A stretch of 64,000 nt of DNA from contig RSEE01000006.1 in the NCBI GenBank assembly GCA_003971905.1, positions 248,001 to 312,000 of the forward strand. Reading direction: 5' to 3'. The notes below the pieces were generated by a model that searched no databases, was not told where the DNA came from, and saw nothing but the letters and a program-made list of their open reading frames with translations. Position numbers and translations under genes: made by a program. The first letter of the stretch is position 1, and the number at the start of each line of letters is the position of its first letter. Source of the DNA: Moniliella sp. 'wahieum' (lineage: Eukaryota). Shown piece by piece: positions 1 to 13,595 of the stretch.

Positions 1-148
1 GGGGGGGCGAATGCACGGGGCCCGGCGCCGGCCACTGGGCATAGGCGGCCGCGGCACCGTGGTGGCTGTCGGTGCGGCGGGGCGGGTAGGCGGCGGGGTA
101 GGCAGGCGCGCCGCCGTAGACGGCGCCCATGGCGGGGAAGTAGCTCAT
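1..148 (-). CDS. 5' end of a Pro/Ala/Tyr-rich hypothetical protein running off the left edge
   Basis: ATG at 148 opens MSYFPAMGAVYGGAPAYPAAYPPRRTDSHHG... to the window edge, preceded on the minus strand by a CT-rich leader. No recognisable domain. Confidence 0.4.
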   Translation of the reverse strand, partial: MSYFPAMGAVYGGAPAYPAAYPPRRTDSHHGAAAAYAQWPAPGPVHSPP

Positions 149-1213
149 GGCCAGCGGCACAGGCACGGAGACGCAGGGGCGGGCGAGCGCAGAGGCAGGC
201 AGCCGGACAACGCACCAACACGGGGAACACGGGGCGAACACGCAGGAGCTGCAATTAAGGCGTCTGTGCGTTCTGGGGGTGGGGGTGGGGGGGGGGGGGG
301 GGGGGGAGGAGAAGGGGAGGGGGCGGGCAAGGAGCGCGGGTCGAGCGAGAGAGAAGAGACGGCGGGCTGAGCGTCGCGGGGCACTCAGAGGCTCATCAGC
401 TCTGGGCTCGAGTCAGAGGGCTGCAGAGGGGCTGGCAGGCAAGCACGCCGGCACCAAGCGCAGTGCCAAGGCCAGGGCCGAGGGGGGGGGGGGAAGCGAG
501 GAAGGTAGGCCGGTGGAGTGAGCAGGCGAGGGAGGGGGGGCAGCGAGGCGGGGGGGGGGGGGGAGGGCGCGCGGAGGAGGTGGTGGCGGGGACGCAGCTG
601 TGCATCGCCGCGACGGCCTCCGACTTGGCCACGCCGGCGCATCGGGGTCGGGCGGGCGTGGCGGGGGGGGTTGCTGCCGCCTGGGGCCCAGGGGAGAGTG
701 CTGCCTACTGCGTGCTGCCTACTGCGACTGCTCCTGCGGCCCCTGCGGGCATCGCTCATCCTCCAGCTCAGCTCACCCACCGCGCTGCCTGAATGCCGCC
801 GCAGCACAGCACAGCACAGCACCGCCCATGCCCCCTGCGTTTCGCCACCACCCGGGCAGCACGGCGCCTGTGCTGCACGCGGTTTGTTCTGCACGTTCCC
901 AGGGGTAGGGTTGGGGGACGGGCGGCACGCGGGACGCTGCGCTGGTTTCTTTCTTTTTTTTTCAGGTGCAGCCACACGCGCGCCGTGGGGGGCGGGGCGG
1001 CGCGGCTGCCCACTGGGTGGTTGGGCCATCGTGCAGAGTGGCAGGCGAGTGGCCACGCGCACTGCGCCTGCGCCCGTGCTGCGCCAGCCTGCTTCGGCCG
1101 TCTTCTGTGTATGTAAGCTGCATCGTGGCCTCGGCTGCTGGTGCGATTACGTACGCGTATGCTGCAGCTGAACGTTCAACACGTGCATGTCATTATCATT
1201 GCCAGTAGGAATA

Positions 1214-2237
1214 CTACAGCGCCGTCCATCCCTTGGGCTCGGTCGCCAGCGACTGGCGCACGGACGTGGGGTAATCCACCAGCGCATCCCGCCCAATCAG
1301 GTCCACAAAGCGGCCGTTGTGCACCTCGTTCAGGTCCTCCTTGTCCAGCTCCGCCTCCTTCTCCCACGCCGTGTGCGCCAGCGGCGCATCCGGCCGCACA
1401 GCGAGGATGTTGTGGATGAGGCTGCGGTACGTGTACGGCGCCGTGAACGCCAGGATCCGCTCCCCGCCCACATCCGCCCGCGTCAGCGCCGCCACGTGCA
1501 CCTGCGCCGTGTTCACCACATTCACCATCCACTGCGGGCCCTCGTACTTGAGCCGGCTCAGGTCCCCCGCCGCCGCGTCTGGTACACGATCAGGTTGGTG
1601 TTGAACGACGTGGCTGCCGGGTGCGTCGGCCCCCAGTTGACATTGGGCAGGATCGTCGTCAGCGTGAACCCAGGCTGGGTCGTCTGCACAAACTTCCATG
1701 CCGCCTGCTCCGACAGCACCTTGCTCGCGGCGTAAATGTCCTTCTTGTTGCCGTTCGTTTGCGCCGGCACGACACCTCCTCGTTCCACGACGCGGTCGTC
1801 ACCTCCTTGCCCTGCGTAAACTGCGAATACGTCGCGGCAAACGAGCTGGAGGTGACCACCACCCGCCGCACCGACGGCGTCGCAGCGGCCACCTTGAGGA
1901 TACCCAGCGTGCCCTCCACACTCGGAGGCACCACCTCCTCCCACTTGTCGGAAAACGTCAGCACGGCAGCCACATGTGCCACGCCGGCCACGCCTTGGAT
2001 CGCCTTGGTATACGCATCCGCCGCCATCATGTCGGGCACCAGCACCGTTTCAAACTGGCCCGGGTACAGCGCGTCAAAGTACGCGTGCAGGCCAGCGGCC
2101 TTGGCGTCGGTGCGCGCGGTGGCGCGCACGCGCAGACCGGCCTTGAGTGCTTGCTCCACAATGTGCGCACCGATAAAGCCGGTGGCGCCAGTGACGAGCA
2201 CCAGCTCGCCAGGCTTCAAGGGCGGGGTAGGAGTCAT
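1214..2237 (-). CDS. NADPH-dependent aldehyde reductase II-like extended SDR (epimerase/dehydratase family), frameshifted in assembly
   Basis: MTPTPPLKPGELVLVTGATGFIGAHIV (TGxxGxxG), VAHVAA, RRVVVTSS, catalytic YAASK, TILPNVNWGP, stop at 1214. Pieces lie in ORFs 1659-2627, 1558-1944 and 1214-1699. Confidence 0.88.
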
Positions 2238-2901
2238 AGTAGCAGCAGTGGTGGGGGTGGGGTGGGGATGGGAAGGGGGTAGAGAGAGGGCAGGCAGAAG
2301 CACGTGGGAAGGAGGTATAAGTACGCGCTGGGCTGGCAGCTGCGCGCAGCATGGCGCGGCGGGTGCGGTGCAACGCCGACGCACAGACCACGCTCGCCGT
2401 GCTGGGGGCGGCTGCGGGGCTGCTGAGGGTGCTGGGGGCGCTTGGATGTGTGATGGGGGGCGCATGATCTGTGCAATGGGAAGCTTTTGTGCCTGTTGCC
2501 TGTGCTGTGTGCCGCAGGACGCACTCCATCTCCCCCTCCTCCGTGCCGACCAGCCCGGCGCAACGCACCCACAGTATTGGACAAGTATGTGTCGCCTGCC
2601 AGCATCCCTGGGATTCCAATTCTGCATCAGTACTCAGTCGGCCGTGGGGCCCCGCGCTGGCATGGCCAGTGCCTGCTCCGCTTTTGGCCGCTGCTCCAGA
2701 ACACTTTAGAAAGCGGTGCCTGCGCACGCTGGAACTCCCACCCCCACACACAAGGCAGCCTATGCGACTCGACCCCAATCCACGTTCCACCCAGCCCCCG
2801 TCCAAACGCTACGTGCTGTGCTTCCGCTTCCGTCGCTTGCATCCATTTCGACGCCGTTCATCTACAGTGTACGCCCCTCCCCCCCGCCCCTCCTTCCGCT
2901 C

Positions 2902-5900
2902 CTACCCCACCGCGGGGTCGACCGCGTCGGCCGGCTGCTGCGCCCACTCGGTGCTCGCCTGCGCCGCCGTGGCCTGCGCCGCCTCAGCCTCGGCCTCGGC
3001 CTCGGCACCTGCGTGGCCGGTCGCCCTGGCCGGCGCGGGCTCTGGCACGGCTGGGGGGGGAACCGGTGCGCGGGGTACGTCGTGGACCAATGTGGAGACC
3101 TTCGGCGACCAGGCCAGCATGGCGCAACTGGGTCCGTTCCAAGTCGCGCGCACGTACCACCCTCTCTGCCCTTCCGGCCGATCCGCGCGGGCGGTCTTTC
3201 TTGCTTGGTGGCTGTGCCTGCGGCGGCGGCGGCACAGGCGGCGGTCGGACAGCCCCGCAAGCAGCAGGTACTGCATCGACCCCCACTCGCTGATCTTGCG
3301 CCGGAGCCATTCGTGGTCGACGGGTTTGTTGAGGAAATCGTTGCAGCCCGCAGCGAGGGCTGCGACGCGGTCCGAGTCGAACGACGAGGCGGTCAGAGCG
3401 ACAATGATTACTGCCGGACGGTACTCGCCGTACTTGGCGCCAGCGGGCGGCTTGGCTTCGCCCCCGATACCGTGCCGGCTGCCGTGGCGACCGCTTGGGC
3501 CAGCAGCGCCGGGTCACACCCTTCCTTCTCCCCGTCCAGTGGCGGTAGGTCCCGCGCCGTCGGCGTGCTCGGCGGTGGGTACTTGCCAATCCCACTAATC
3601 TTCTCTTGCCGCCGGATCACCTTGGTCGCCACAATCCCGTCCAGCACGGGTAATTGAATGTCCATCTACCGCACCATCCCGTAGGGGGTCACGTCAGCCT
3701 CCGCATCCGACCGTCGGGCGCACCCACTCACCCATGCACAGCGGCGCAGCGCCGGGCAAGGAGAGAAACAAAGAACGAGAAAAAGAGACAAGGAGAGAGA
3801 AAGAGAGAGACGTACAAAAATGATGTGGAAACTACCGTCACGCCATTTCGCAATGGCCTCCATTCCGTTCTTGGCCACGTCAATTGGATTTGGTTACGGG
3901 TGAGCAGCCGACTGAGAATCTGCACGTTGATGTGGTTATCTTCGACGAGCAGGACCTTGATGGGAGGTAAGACGACTTTGGTCTTGGGGTCGTCCGATGC
4001 CTTGGCCACCGCCTTGGGCTTCTTGGTTTTGGCCTTGGCTTTGGCCTTGGTTTTGGCTTTGCCTTGGCCTTGAGAAGCGAGCCTTGCCGCGACGGCCCCG
4101 CCGACGCAGTCGCATCCTCATTCCCATTCCCATTCGCAGTCGCATTCGCATCCGTATTCGCATCCGTATTCGCATCCGTATTCGCATTCGCATTCGCATC
4201 CGCATTCGCATTCGCATTCGCATTCGAATTCTCATTCGCATTGTGATTCACAGTTGGATTCGCATTCGCATTCGCGTCCGCCTCGGCGTGCGCCGCGTTC
4301 GCCGCCGCAGCGGGAGTGGCCTGGCTGCTCGCATCGTCCTGGGTCGCAGCAGCGAGCGCAGCCGAAGGCGCGTTGGCCACAGCCTCCCCGGCCGTACCCA
4401 ACGACCGTCCGCCCGGCCTGGGCTGGCTCGCCTCCCTCCCTGGCACGGGCACGGGCACGGGCACAGGGACCGTACTGGTCGGAGCGGGAGTGCGCGCGCC
4501 AGCACTGGCGCTGGGGCTTGTCCTGGTCTCGTTCGAGCCCGACGGGGGCGGGAGGAGAGTCGCTTGGCGGTCGAGCGTGGGCGGGGTGACTTCCGGGTCA
4601 GTAGGGTCGTGCGGCGGCTCGGTCTCAGCTGCCTCGGCCAAGGGCGCGGGGCGGAGCAGAGGCCAAGAGCGGGTCCTTTTGGTGAGCGACGAGGTTGCTG
4701 GCATGCCTGGATCGGCCGAAACGTGCCCCAGGGAAAGAATAGCCCGGCCGGACGGCCTTGCGGATCTTGCAGTACCAGCCCGGCGCGCGCAGCGGATTCA
4801 GGTACCTGCCCGGACTGGAGGAAAGCTGTCGCGGGCAAGTCCATGCCCATGCTCTACCTATGCCGGCCAGGGCGTGCTCGGCGCATCGGATTTCGCATCC
4901 ACACCAGCCGAAGCCGACGCTGACGTCGAAGCTAACGCCGAGCCAAAGTAATCAATCGCTTCTCGCAACGGCGTCGCCGGCCCCGAGCGTGGCACGGCTT
5001 GCAACAGCGTGTACCGCGGACTGAGCCGAAGCGTGTCCAATCCGGCCTCGGGCTCGGGCGGGGCAACGACCGAGGAGGCACGGCCGTGCCCGCCGCCCTC
5101 GTCGCCGCTGACGACGCTCCCCTGAAGCAGGAGCCGGATGGGCAACGGGGCCCCTTCGTGCGGGTCGGGCGGGACGGGGCAAGGGAGCGCCCGTGCCGGT
5201 ACTGGGTGTGGGCGGGGCTGGCCTGCCCGCTCCATCGCTGCATCAGCCAAATTCACAGTCGTGGGCGGCCCTGAGTGCGGGGCCGAGACCGGCGTGCCAA
5301 GCCATAGGAGACGGCGCATGGTACGTCTGTGAGCGGGGGTACAGTTCCGGTCGTTGGGGTTTGGGGGGAGCAATGCAAAGAGGTCATACGCGCTTCGCGC
5401 GTAGTAGCAAAGCTGTCCCCTTGCGCCTCCTCGCCACGCGGCAAGGATGAGGCAAGGAGAGCGGAAGAGAAAGCGACAGCACGGCCGATCCCGGCGGGGC
5501 GCCAACGAGCGAGCTGCCGCAGCTAGCACGCGCGGACCGTTGACCCGCATCTTCCACCTCGTCGTGCACCGTCAGCGACGCAGATGGGATGGAAGCAGTA
5601 ACTGTGACCTGGACCGGGTCGCCCGCAGGAGCGTGGGCTGGAGCTGGAGCTGGAACTCGCACTTCGACTGGTGTGCGATCGAGGCCAGTCGGACCGTAAC
5701 TACTTCCCCACCGCGAACGTGGGTCGCCGCATCGGTCAGGACGTAGAGGATGGCAAAGGCCAACGCGGCGGATCGGCACAGAGAACAGTTAGCGGCTCGG
5801 CAGGATCAAAAACGACGTGCACAGGCGCTCGGGCGCCGCACTTTGTGCTGCCCGTTTCCGCCGAGGCGACCACCTGAGCCGCTTGGGCCAGGCGGGAAGT

Positions 5901-6211
5901 GAGCGTGACCACGTCCACGGCCACCGCAGCCGGGCTGGACGGGCTGGCGCCCGTGCCGCGCGCATCGTCGCCAGGGAGAAAAGGCAGGTCACCAGCAGGG
6001 TAGGCTGTTGCCGCCGCATCGGACGGACTGACGCGCGTGGTAGCCAAGACGCGACGCGGAGGACCTCTGTGAGCGCAGGTAAGTTCCGGCTGGCGACAGG
6101 AACGCCCGGCTGGGCGCCTGTCAACGAACGCGCGGCCCCGACCACACTGGCCAGAATTACAGCACGCACGGCGCTGCCGGAAGACTCGGCGCTGCCCGTC
6201 AGGCGCTCCAT
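2902..6211 (-). CDS. SSK1: Ssk1/Mcs4-type response regulator (HOG pathway); intron 3666-3815; start approximate
   Basis: Receiver domain [22 protein letters not shown]...[32 protein letters not shown]...[49 protein letters not shown]. Intron GTACGT...GCTGAC...TAG. Confidence 0.88.
4110..4275 (-). repeat. Hexanucleotide (GCATTC/GCATCC/GTATTC) repeat encoding an Asn-Ala/Thr-Asp low-complexity tract in Ssk1
   Basis: Tandem cgcatt units translate as [22 protein letters not shown] in ORF 3880-4704. Confidence 0.85.
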
Positions 6212-6257
6212 CACGGCCGGAAAGTGAGGAGGGGCAGGGGGAGCGCAAGGGGGAGAA

Positions 6258-6516
6258 GTAGTGGTAGTGGTAGTGGTAGTGGTAGTGGTGCGGAGGGTGG
6301 TGGTGGTGGTGGTGATGGTGGGGAGCGTGGCGGTGGCGGGGGGATAAGAGGCCCAAGGACAGCGATCAGCAGCAGCTGTGCTCCTCAATGCACCTGCCCC
6401 TATTCCGCTCCTCCCCATCTCCGCCCTGATTAAATAACAGCGGCCAGATTTTGTTTTTGGCTTTTGCTTTGCACTCCCACTCCCACTCCCCACTCCCACT
6501 TCCACTCCCACTCCCA
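6258..6516. repeat. Microsatellites (GTAGTG)n, (GGT)n and (ACTCCC)n in the SSK1/MPP6 divergent intergenic region
   Basis: Directly visible at about 6258-6320 and 6473-6516. Confidence 0.8.
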
Positions 6517-6536
6517 CCGCGGCTGCATCGCGCCCC

Positions 6537-7278
6537 ATGTCGCTCCCGCCCTCCACCGCCCGCCCCGCTCGGGGCGGGTTGAGCAGCAAGATCGCCGGGC
6601 TCAAGTTCATGCAGCGTGCGGCCGCCCGGGCTCCCTCCACGCCTGCCTCAGGCGCTGCCTCCGCCTCGCCTGCCACCGCGTCAGGTCACGCCAGCACCAG
6701 CGCCAGCGGCGGGTGCTGCGCCCGCATCGCATCCTCTTCCCCCCGCTGCAACCGGACGAGTGGGTGCTGCCCTCGGCTGCGGCGGCGATTGCGCGCGCGA
6801 GGAGAACCATGCACGCACGCGCGCCCAGGCCGTGGTGCAGTACGATGACCAGTGGCGCTCGTGGGAGCTGGACAGCGACCAGGACGACGCGCCGTCCAGC
6901 ACGCGCGCCGTGGGCCGCACACGGTTTGGCCAGCCTGAACCTCACGCACAGGAGGCGGAGGCGGAGGCGGATTCGGACCAAGGGCTGGAGCCCAAGTTGG
7001 TCTCGGACTCGGGATCGGACGTGGGCTCGGACTCGGACTCGGACTCGGACTCGGACTCGGCCCGTTTTCATCCCAATTCTCTTTCTAGCTCGGAGGAAGA
7101 GGAGAGGCCAAGCCGCCTCCCCGACTGCAAAAGCAATGTGTCAGGCTCGTTGGGCACAGCCCGTGCGCGCAACGTATCCGCTTCGTCGACCACCCAACCC
7201 AAGCGGCCTTCGGACGCGTCGGACTTGGCCGCTCCAACCGCCAGGAAACGGGTACGGAAGGATGTGAAGAAGAGGTGA
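6537..7278 (+). CDS. Mpp6-like nuclear exosome cofactor, frameshifted
   Basis: LSSKIAGLKFMQR (MPP6 N-terminal motif), DEWVL, GRTRFG (compare GRxSFG), acidic DS repeat, basic C-terminus RKRVRKDVKKR. Confidence 0.7.
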
Positions 7279-8288
7279 TGCATGGTGCGAGCAGACGTGT
7301 GTGTGGTGCATCTGGGTTGGCCGGAACATCCTGAACGCCGGCGGACTGGTTTGTAAGGATCAGTTGTACGATCTACGTCCCGAAAGGTTGGGCTGGTGAG
7401 GGTGTTGGGTGTGGGAAACGCGTGACAAATACTACGTCACAGCCCCGCCCGCCCCCCAGCCGCACTCAGCAGAGATACGCTCTGTGGCGGGGCGATTGCA
7501 AGCTAAGGCCTATGGCCGCTGGTTCTGTGGCTCGCAGCGTCTCTACAGCTGAATGCACTGTACAAGTGGAGTGGAGAGGACGGGGTAAGCATAGGATGGC
7601 CACTCCCCACATGACTCTGAACTCCGACAACAGGCCAAACAGGGCGTACGTAGCAAGAAGGTAATCGGCCCAGGCCGATCAGTATATAGGGCAGAAGAGG
7701 AGAAAGACTCGTTCTGCATTGCGAGAAGCGCTGGCATGGCGTGTGACAAGAGGTCCATACGATGCGTGACATGACACGAAGGTCCACGACAATGAGATGA
7801 AAACGGCGGGGCTAATGGTGGAAGATGAGATGGAGGACAGAAGGGAGACGGTGCATTTTGTGGGCGTGTGGCGATGAGTGATACGGCGGCGATTGGCGAG
7901 AAAGCGGTGCGACGGAGAGGGAGATAGCGTGTTGTGTTTGGAAAGACGGCTGTGGAGAGGGCGGAGAAGAAGCGTGCCGGGGCGGATGTGTGGTAGGGAT
8001 GGATGGAGGGCACAGCACAGCACAACGCAGGGCAGAGAGCAGGGGTGCTTTAGCGAGTGGCGCCTGCCGCACAGCGCCAGTTGCCAGCCCCGCGCCCCCT
8101 TGCTCCGCCCCAGCGGCGGCAGAGCGGCGCACTGCGGCGCACAGCTCAGAGTCACCGCCACTGCGAGCAGCATTAATAATACGCTCGAGCCTAGCAGCTC
8201 CCCTGCCCGTGGATCTCCGGCAGACGCCGCAAAGAAGCAGACAGCCGTGTTCTCCTCTCCCCTCCTCTCCCCTCCTCTCTGCGCCGCC

Positions 8289-11001
8289 ATGCCCCCCCGC
8301 CCCCGTCCCCGCGCCCGCCCTGTCCGCCGCCGCCCCGCACACCTCCTCATGGCCCCTCCCGCCGAGCCACAGCCGCCCCTCCTCGCCCCCACCCCCGCCC
8401 CCGCCCCCACAGGCTCCACCCCGTCGACGCCGTCCGCCAGCTGGTGCGCCGCCTCTCGTCCCGCGCCGCCCCCGCGCCCCCGCCGTCCCGCCCGCCATCC
8501 CAGCCGCCATCCCGCCCACCATCCCACCAGCCGCCCCCCCCACCCGCACCCGCCTGGCGCTCCTTTGTCAGACCGACTCGGTCGGCGAGGACACGCTCCA
8601 TCCCAGCTTCTCCTACAGGAGCCAGAGCAGCTTCTCCTCCGCCCCCAAGTGGCTCGACAAGGACGCCTCCCTTGCCTCCCTCAGCCTGCCTCCCTTGGAC
8701 ACCCTCACCCGCTCCACCTCCATCCTCAACCGGCCCTCGCCCCTTTCCGCACTGGCACGCGACCCCTTTGCCCAGTCCCTGCCGCTTCCAGGCAGCAGTA
8801 CGCCTCTTCCCACCACCGTCACTCCACCCCCACCTCCCCGCTTCCCTCCCCACCTCCGTCCCCTCCGCCCGCAACACTGTGGGAGATGGGTCGCTTCTTA
8901 CTCTCCCATACGGCATGGGCTCTGGCACGCTCGACCTTGATCTTCGCAGCGAAAGCAGTCAAAGCTCTCTTGCCACTGCACCGATGCGCCCACCTCCACG
9001 GTCGCCTGCCCCGCTCGCATCCGCCTATATCCTATCATCCGCCCGCACGCGCACAACAGTTTGACACTTCCTCTTCCGTTCGTTCCGCCTGGTCCCCTCC
9101 AGCTCGAGCGATGACCCCCCCGTCCGACGCTCGCATCGCCCCTTCGCACCGCAGTCGGCCAACGCGGACGCGGTAGACCCCCGCTTCCGTCTTCACCGTT
9201 CCTCCTCCTTTGGTACTGCGTCGGGTGTGGAGCTGCGCCGTTCTTCCTCGTTACGAAGGCGATCTCGCTCAGGCTCGGGCTCGGGCTCGGGCTCTCACCG
9301 CGTGTCTGATCCAAGTGCGCACGAGACCCGACGCGACTCGGCCTTACGTCGGCTGGTGTCCTGGACCTCCTCCTCGAGCGCCTCGCGTCGTCGACAAGCA
9401 CCTTTGCCCGCATGTCCTCCTTCCCCCGCCCCTCCTCCCCTCCTCCCCTGTCGCACCCCGTCCTGCTAGTCCCCCCTGCCCCCGCCCCATCCGGGCACAG
9501 CGCTCCAAGATGCAGCCCGCACCTTCCGCACCTCCCTCACTCGTACTGCTTCCATAGTCAGTTCAACAGTAGGCCGCATCTTGGGTCGCGCACCCGACCG
9601 CACCCCACCCCCTCCACACGACACCCACAGCCTCCCCACCCCGCCCGCACCACCGCCCAAACGGTGGTCCTTGGCCCGGCTGCGTACGTTTTCCCACCCT
9701 CCCGCCCTCCACCACCACCACCTTCCCCTGCCCGGGCGGGACCGTCGAGGCAAGCGAGCCAAACGCGCATTTGGTACATACCTCCCACAAAGAACGCAGT
9801 ATCAAATTGGGCCTGGCCTGTGCCGGCGCAACCGTGACAGCCACCCAGCTTTCCCACCGCCTCTTCGCCACCGCCGGCAGCGGCATCGTTGCTCTCTCCT
9901 TCGCTCCTACCTGTGCCAACAGCGGACGCAACCGCCGCGCGGGCGTAGGCGTAGGGGAAACTGCTACAGGACCATCCCCCACCCCACCAGCGACCCATGG
10001 CACATCTGCCCCCCCGATCCAGCGCCACGGTTGGTCTCTGACTGACATCCAAGCTTTTCTCCTCCGCCCGTGGAGCACGAGGCCGCCGCTGAGAACACTA
10101 CCTCCCCACCTCCGCCGCCTCCACCTTCTCATTCTCATCCTCCTGAACGGCCAAGGCCCCTGCCACCTACCAGGTCCCTACCGCCGCCGCCCGTGGCCAG
10201 GCCAAAGACCCCGCTGAACCGCTTGCTCCACCGTCTGCCCAGCGAGATGGAGCATACGGGTCATGCGACGTTTGGATTTTCGAGCGGGTACGTTGACCTT
10301 GATCGCTCTGGTTCTGGCTCGGGAGTGGGAGTGGGCACAAGCACCGGGGGTGGGCTGGCACCCGCACCAGATCCCCCGGTGGAGCACGTAGCGTCGACGG
10401 CCAGACGCACTGGTCTGCGCGCACTGGGCGAGTGGGCCCACGCGCTGCGCGCCAGCTCGCACACGGGCTCGGTGCTACGCGAGGACCTGGGCGAGGGGGA
10501 TGTGGTGTGGCAAAAGTACATGCGCTGGGCGCTGAGCATCGAGATCCTACCTCGTGCATCGGGTACGTCGCCCTGCCAGCACCTGCGTCGCCTGCGTCGC
10601 CTGCCTCGTCTACTTTGCCTACTTCGCCAGTGTGGGGCGTGCGGTGCGGACCGAGTCCCGGCCCGGTGCGGGGCCTGCTCCTGCCCCTCCCGTCTTTCCC
10701 CGCGCCATCCCGGCGGTACTGCGCGTGGGTGCTGCGCGTTCGGCGCGCTCGTGAGGCCGTCGGAGTATTATGCAGGGTTAGGTGGAATTATCGAAGCGCC
10801 CCCGGTGGCCTCACGCTGTTGGGTCCACAAAAAAGCAGAGAGAAGGGTTGTTGGCAGGTGGCGGCCTCTTCCTCTCCTCTCTGTTCTCCCAACCCCCGCG
10901 CGCCTCTGGCCCGCATGGAGGCACTGCGCTCTTCGGTCTTCCACGAAGAAAGAGGGTTAGAGGGGCTTGTCGGACGGACTAGGATGGATGGATTGTATTG
11001 A
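8289..11001 (+). CDS. Large Pro/Ser-rich hypothetical protein, multiple frameshifts
   Basis: Chain of overlapping plus-strand ORFs with protein-like segments (TDSVGEDTLHPSFSYRSQSSF, KTPLNRLLHRLPSEMEHTGH, RMEALRSSVFHEERGLEGLVGRTRMDGLY*). AT-rich element near 8172 and a CT-rich leader. Confidence 0.5.
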
Positions 11002-12354
11002 TTCGACGGTGGGTACTGAGTGGCGAACATGACTCATGATGATGTACACGAACGCGAACGCCGCCATGCATGCGATACCTGCCACGGTTATGCGGGTAGA
11101 AGGAAGAAATGGATCAACGATCATGTCGAATGGCAGATGGAGATGGTGGCGTCCGACAGGCTGACATGTAGATGTCAGATCACTAGCACTAGTAGTCACT
11201 CATCTGAGATCTCTGAGATCTGCGAGGAGGGAGGACAAGACAGGCCCTAGTTGATGACGTTTTGATGATGCATTGCTGACATTGCATCTTCCCAGTGTGG
11301 GGACGAACGAAAGGCTACAGGCGATCGAACGCAGCCACTGGAGGCTAAACTGAGCATCATCTGCAGCATCAATGGGCCAGGCGTGGGAGTGAGTGCAAGG
11401 CAGGGGCGACGGGGGCAGCGGGGGCACTCGGTATGGCCCGGTCCGCGTTGGAGGGGGGGAGGCGACCACGACGCAGGGGGCCTCGCTTGGCCTCCCACGC
11501 TCCTCGCTTCGTCCCGGAGCTGGCCGGACCCGCCCGGCTCGGCCCGGCAGGGCCGAGCAGCGGGCGGTGCGCGACGAGTGATGCATGCATGATTGACGGC
11601 AGCGCGCCTGAAAAGGTGTGGGGCCCCGGGCCAAGGCGGGCGTGGCGGAGCGCGTGGGCGGCCGGGATGGTCCGGGTGGGGGGTGGGCGGGTTTAGCGGG
11701 ACGGCGCTGGGTCGACGTCTATATGGGTGCGAGGGGCGTGGAGAGGGTTACGATGGACGGGGGGGGGGAATTGGGTTCATCTGGGACGCAGGATCGATGG
11801 ATTGGGGCGTGGAGGGGATGGATTGGGGGAGGGGTCGGGCGCCTGGCCCGCAGAAAGACCTCGATGCCCCCAGACGGCTGGGCGGATGCGTGGCCGGCGG
11901 GCTAAGTTTCTCCATGCGCGGCGTCCAAACCATCCACGCCCTTCGCCTCCCGTCCACCCGCTCCACGCCCCAGTGGAGGCCAGCGCACGCGAGCGCGCTG
12001 CTGGGCCGCACGGCGCCAGTGTGCCCCCCGCCGCAGTTCTTCTGAGCCCAGGGCGCATCCCGAAGCGCCGCTGTTTTCCCCCGCCGCGCACAGCAGCAGT
12101 GTCGCGCGCGCGGCCACTGGCGCCGTACGCCCGCGTCGCCCGCAGCGCAGCGCGGCGCCGGCGCCCCACGCTGCCCCTGTGCGGTGCAGGACCCTCCCCA
12201 GCGTTAATCCCACTGCGCCGCAGCCCACGCTCCTGAGCCCCCCAGCGCCAGTGGGCGGCCGCACCACACTCGTCCCGTGCGCATCGTGGTGCGCACTCAT
12301 ATCCTCGGGAAGGTCCGTGCGGCAGTAGCCGGACGCGGGAAGAGCGGCGTGGAA

Positions 12355-12360
12355 TATAAG
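12355..12360 (+). promoter_or_regulatory. TATA box of GAPDH
   Basis: TATAAG 120 bp upstream of the ATG, followed by a CT-rich leader and CACCATGG start context. Confidence 0.6.
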
Positions 12361-12474
12361 GCCCCGTCCTGCGTCCTTGCCAGCCGGCGTCTCCTCTCCT
12401 CTCCACCCTTCCCTCCCACCCCACTCTTCCCACCACACCGCCTCCTCGGTATTCTCCCCACCACCCCATCCACC

Positions 12475-13595
<1,121 letters not shown>

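Noticed and set aside
275..565. Long G runs (also poly-C at 12574-12597) as functional G-quadruplex elements
   Set aside because: Homopolymer lengths are unreliable in this assembly and such runs are common in GC-rich fungal UTRs and introns.
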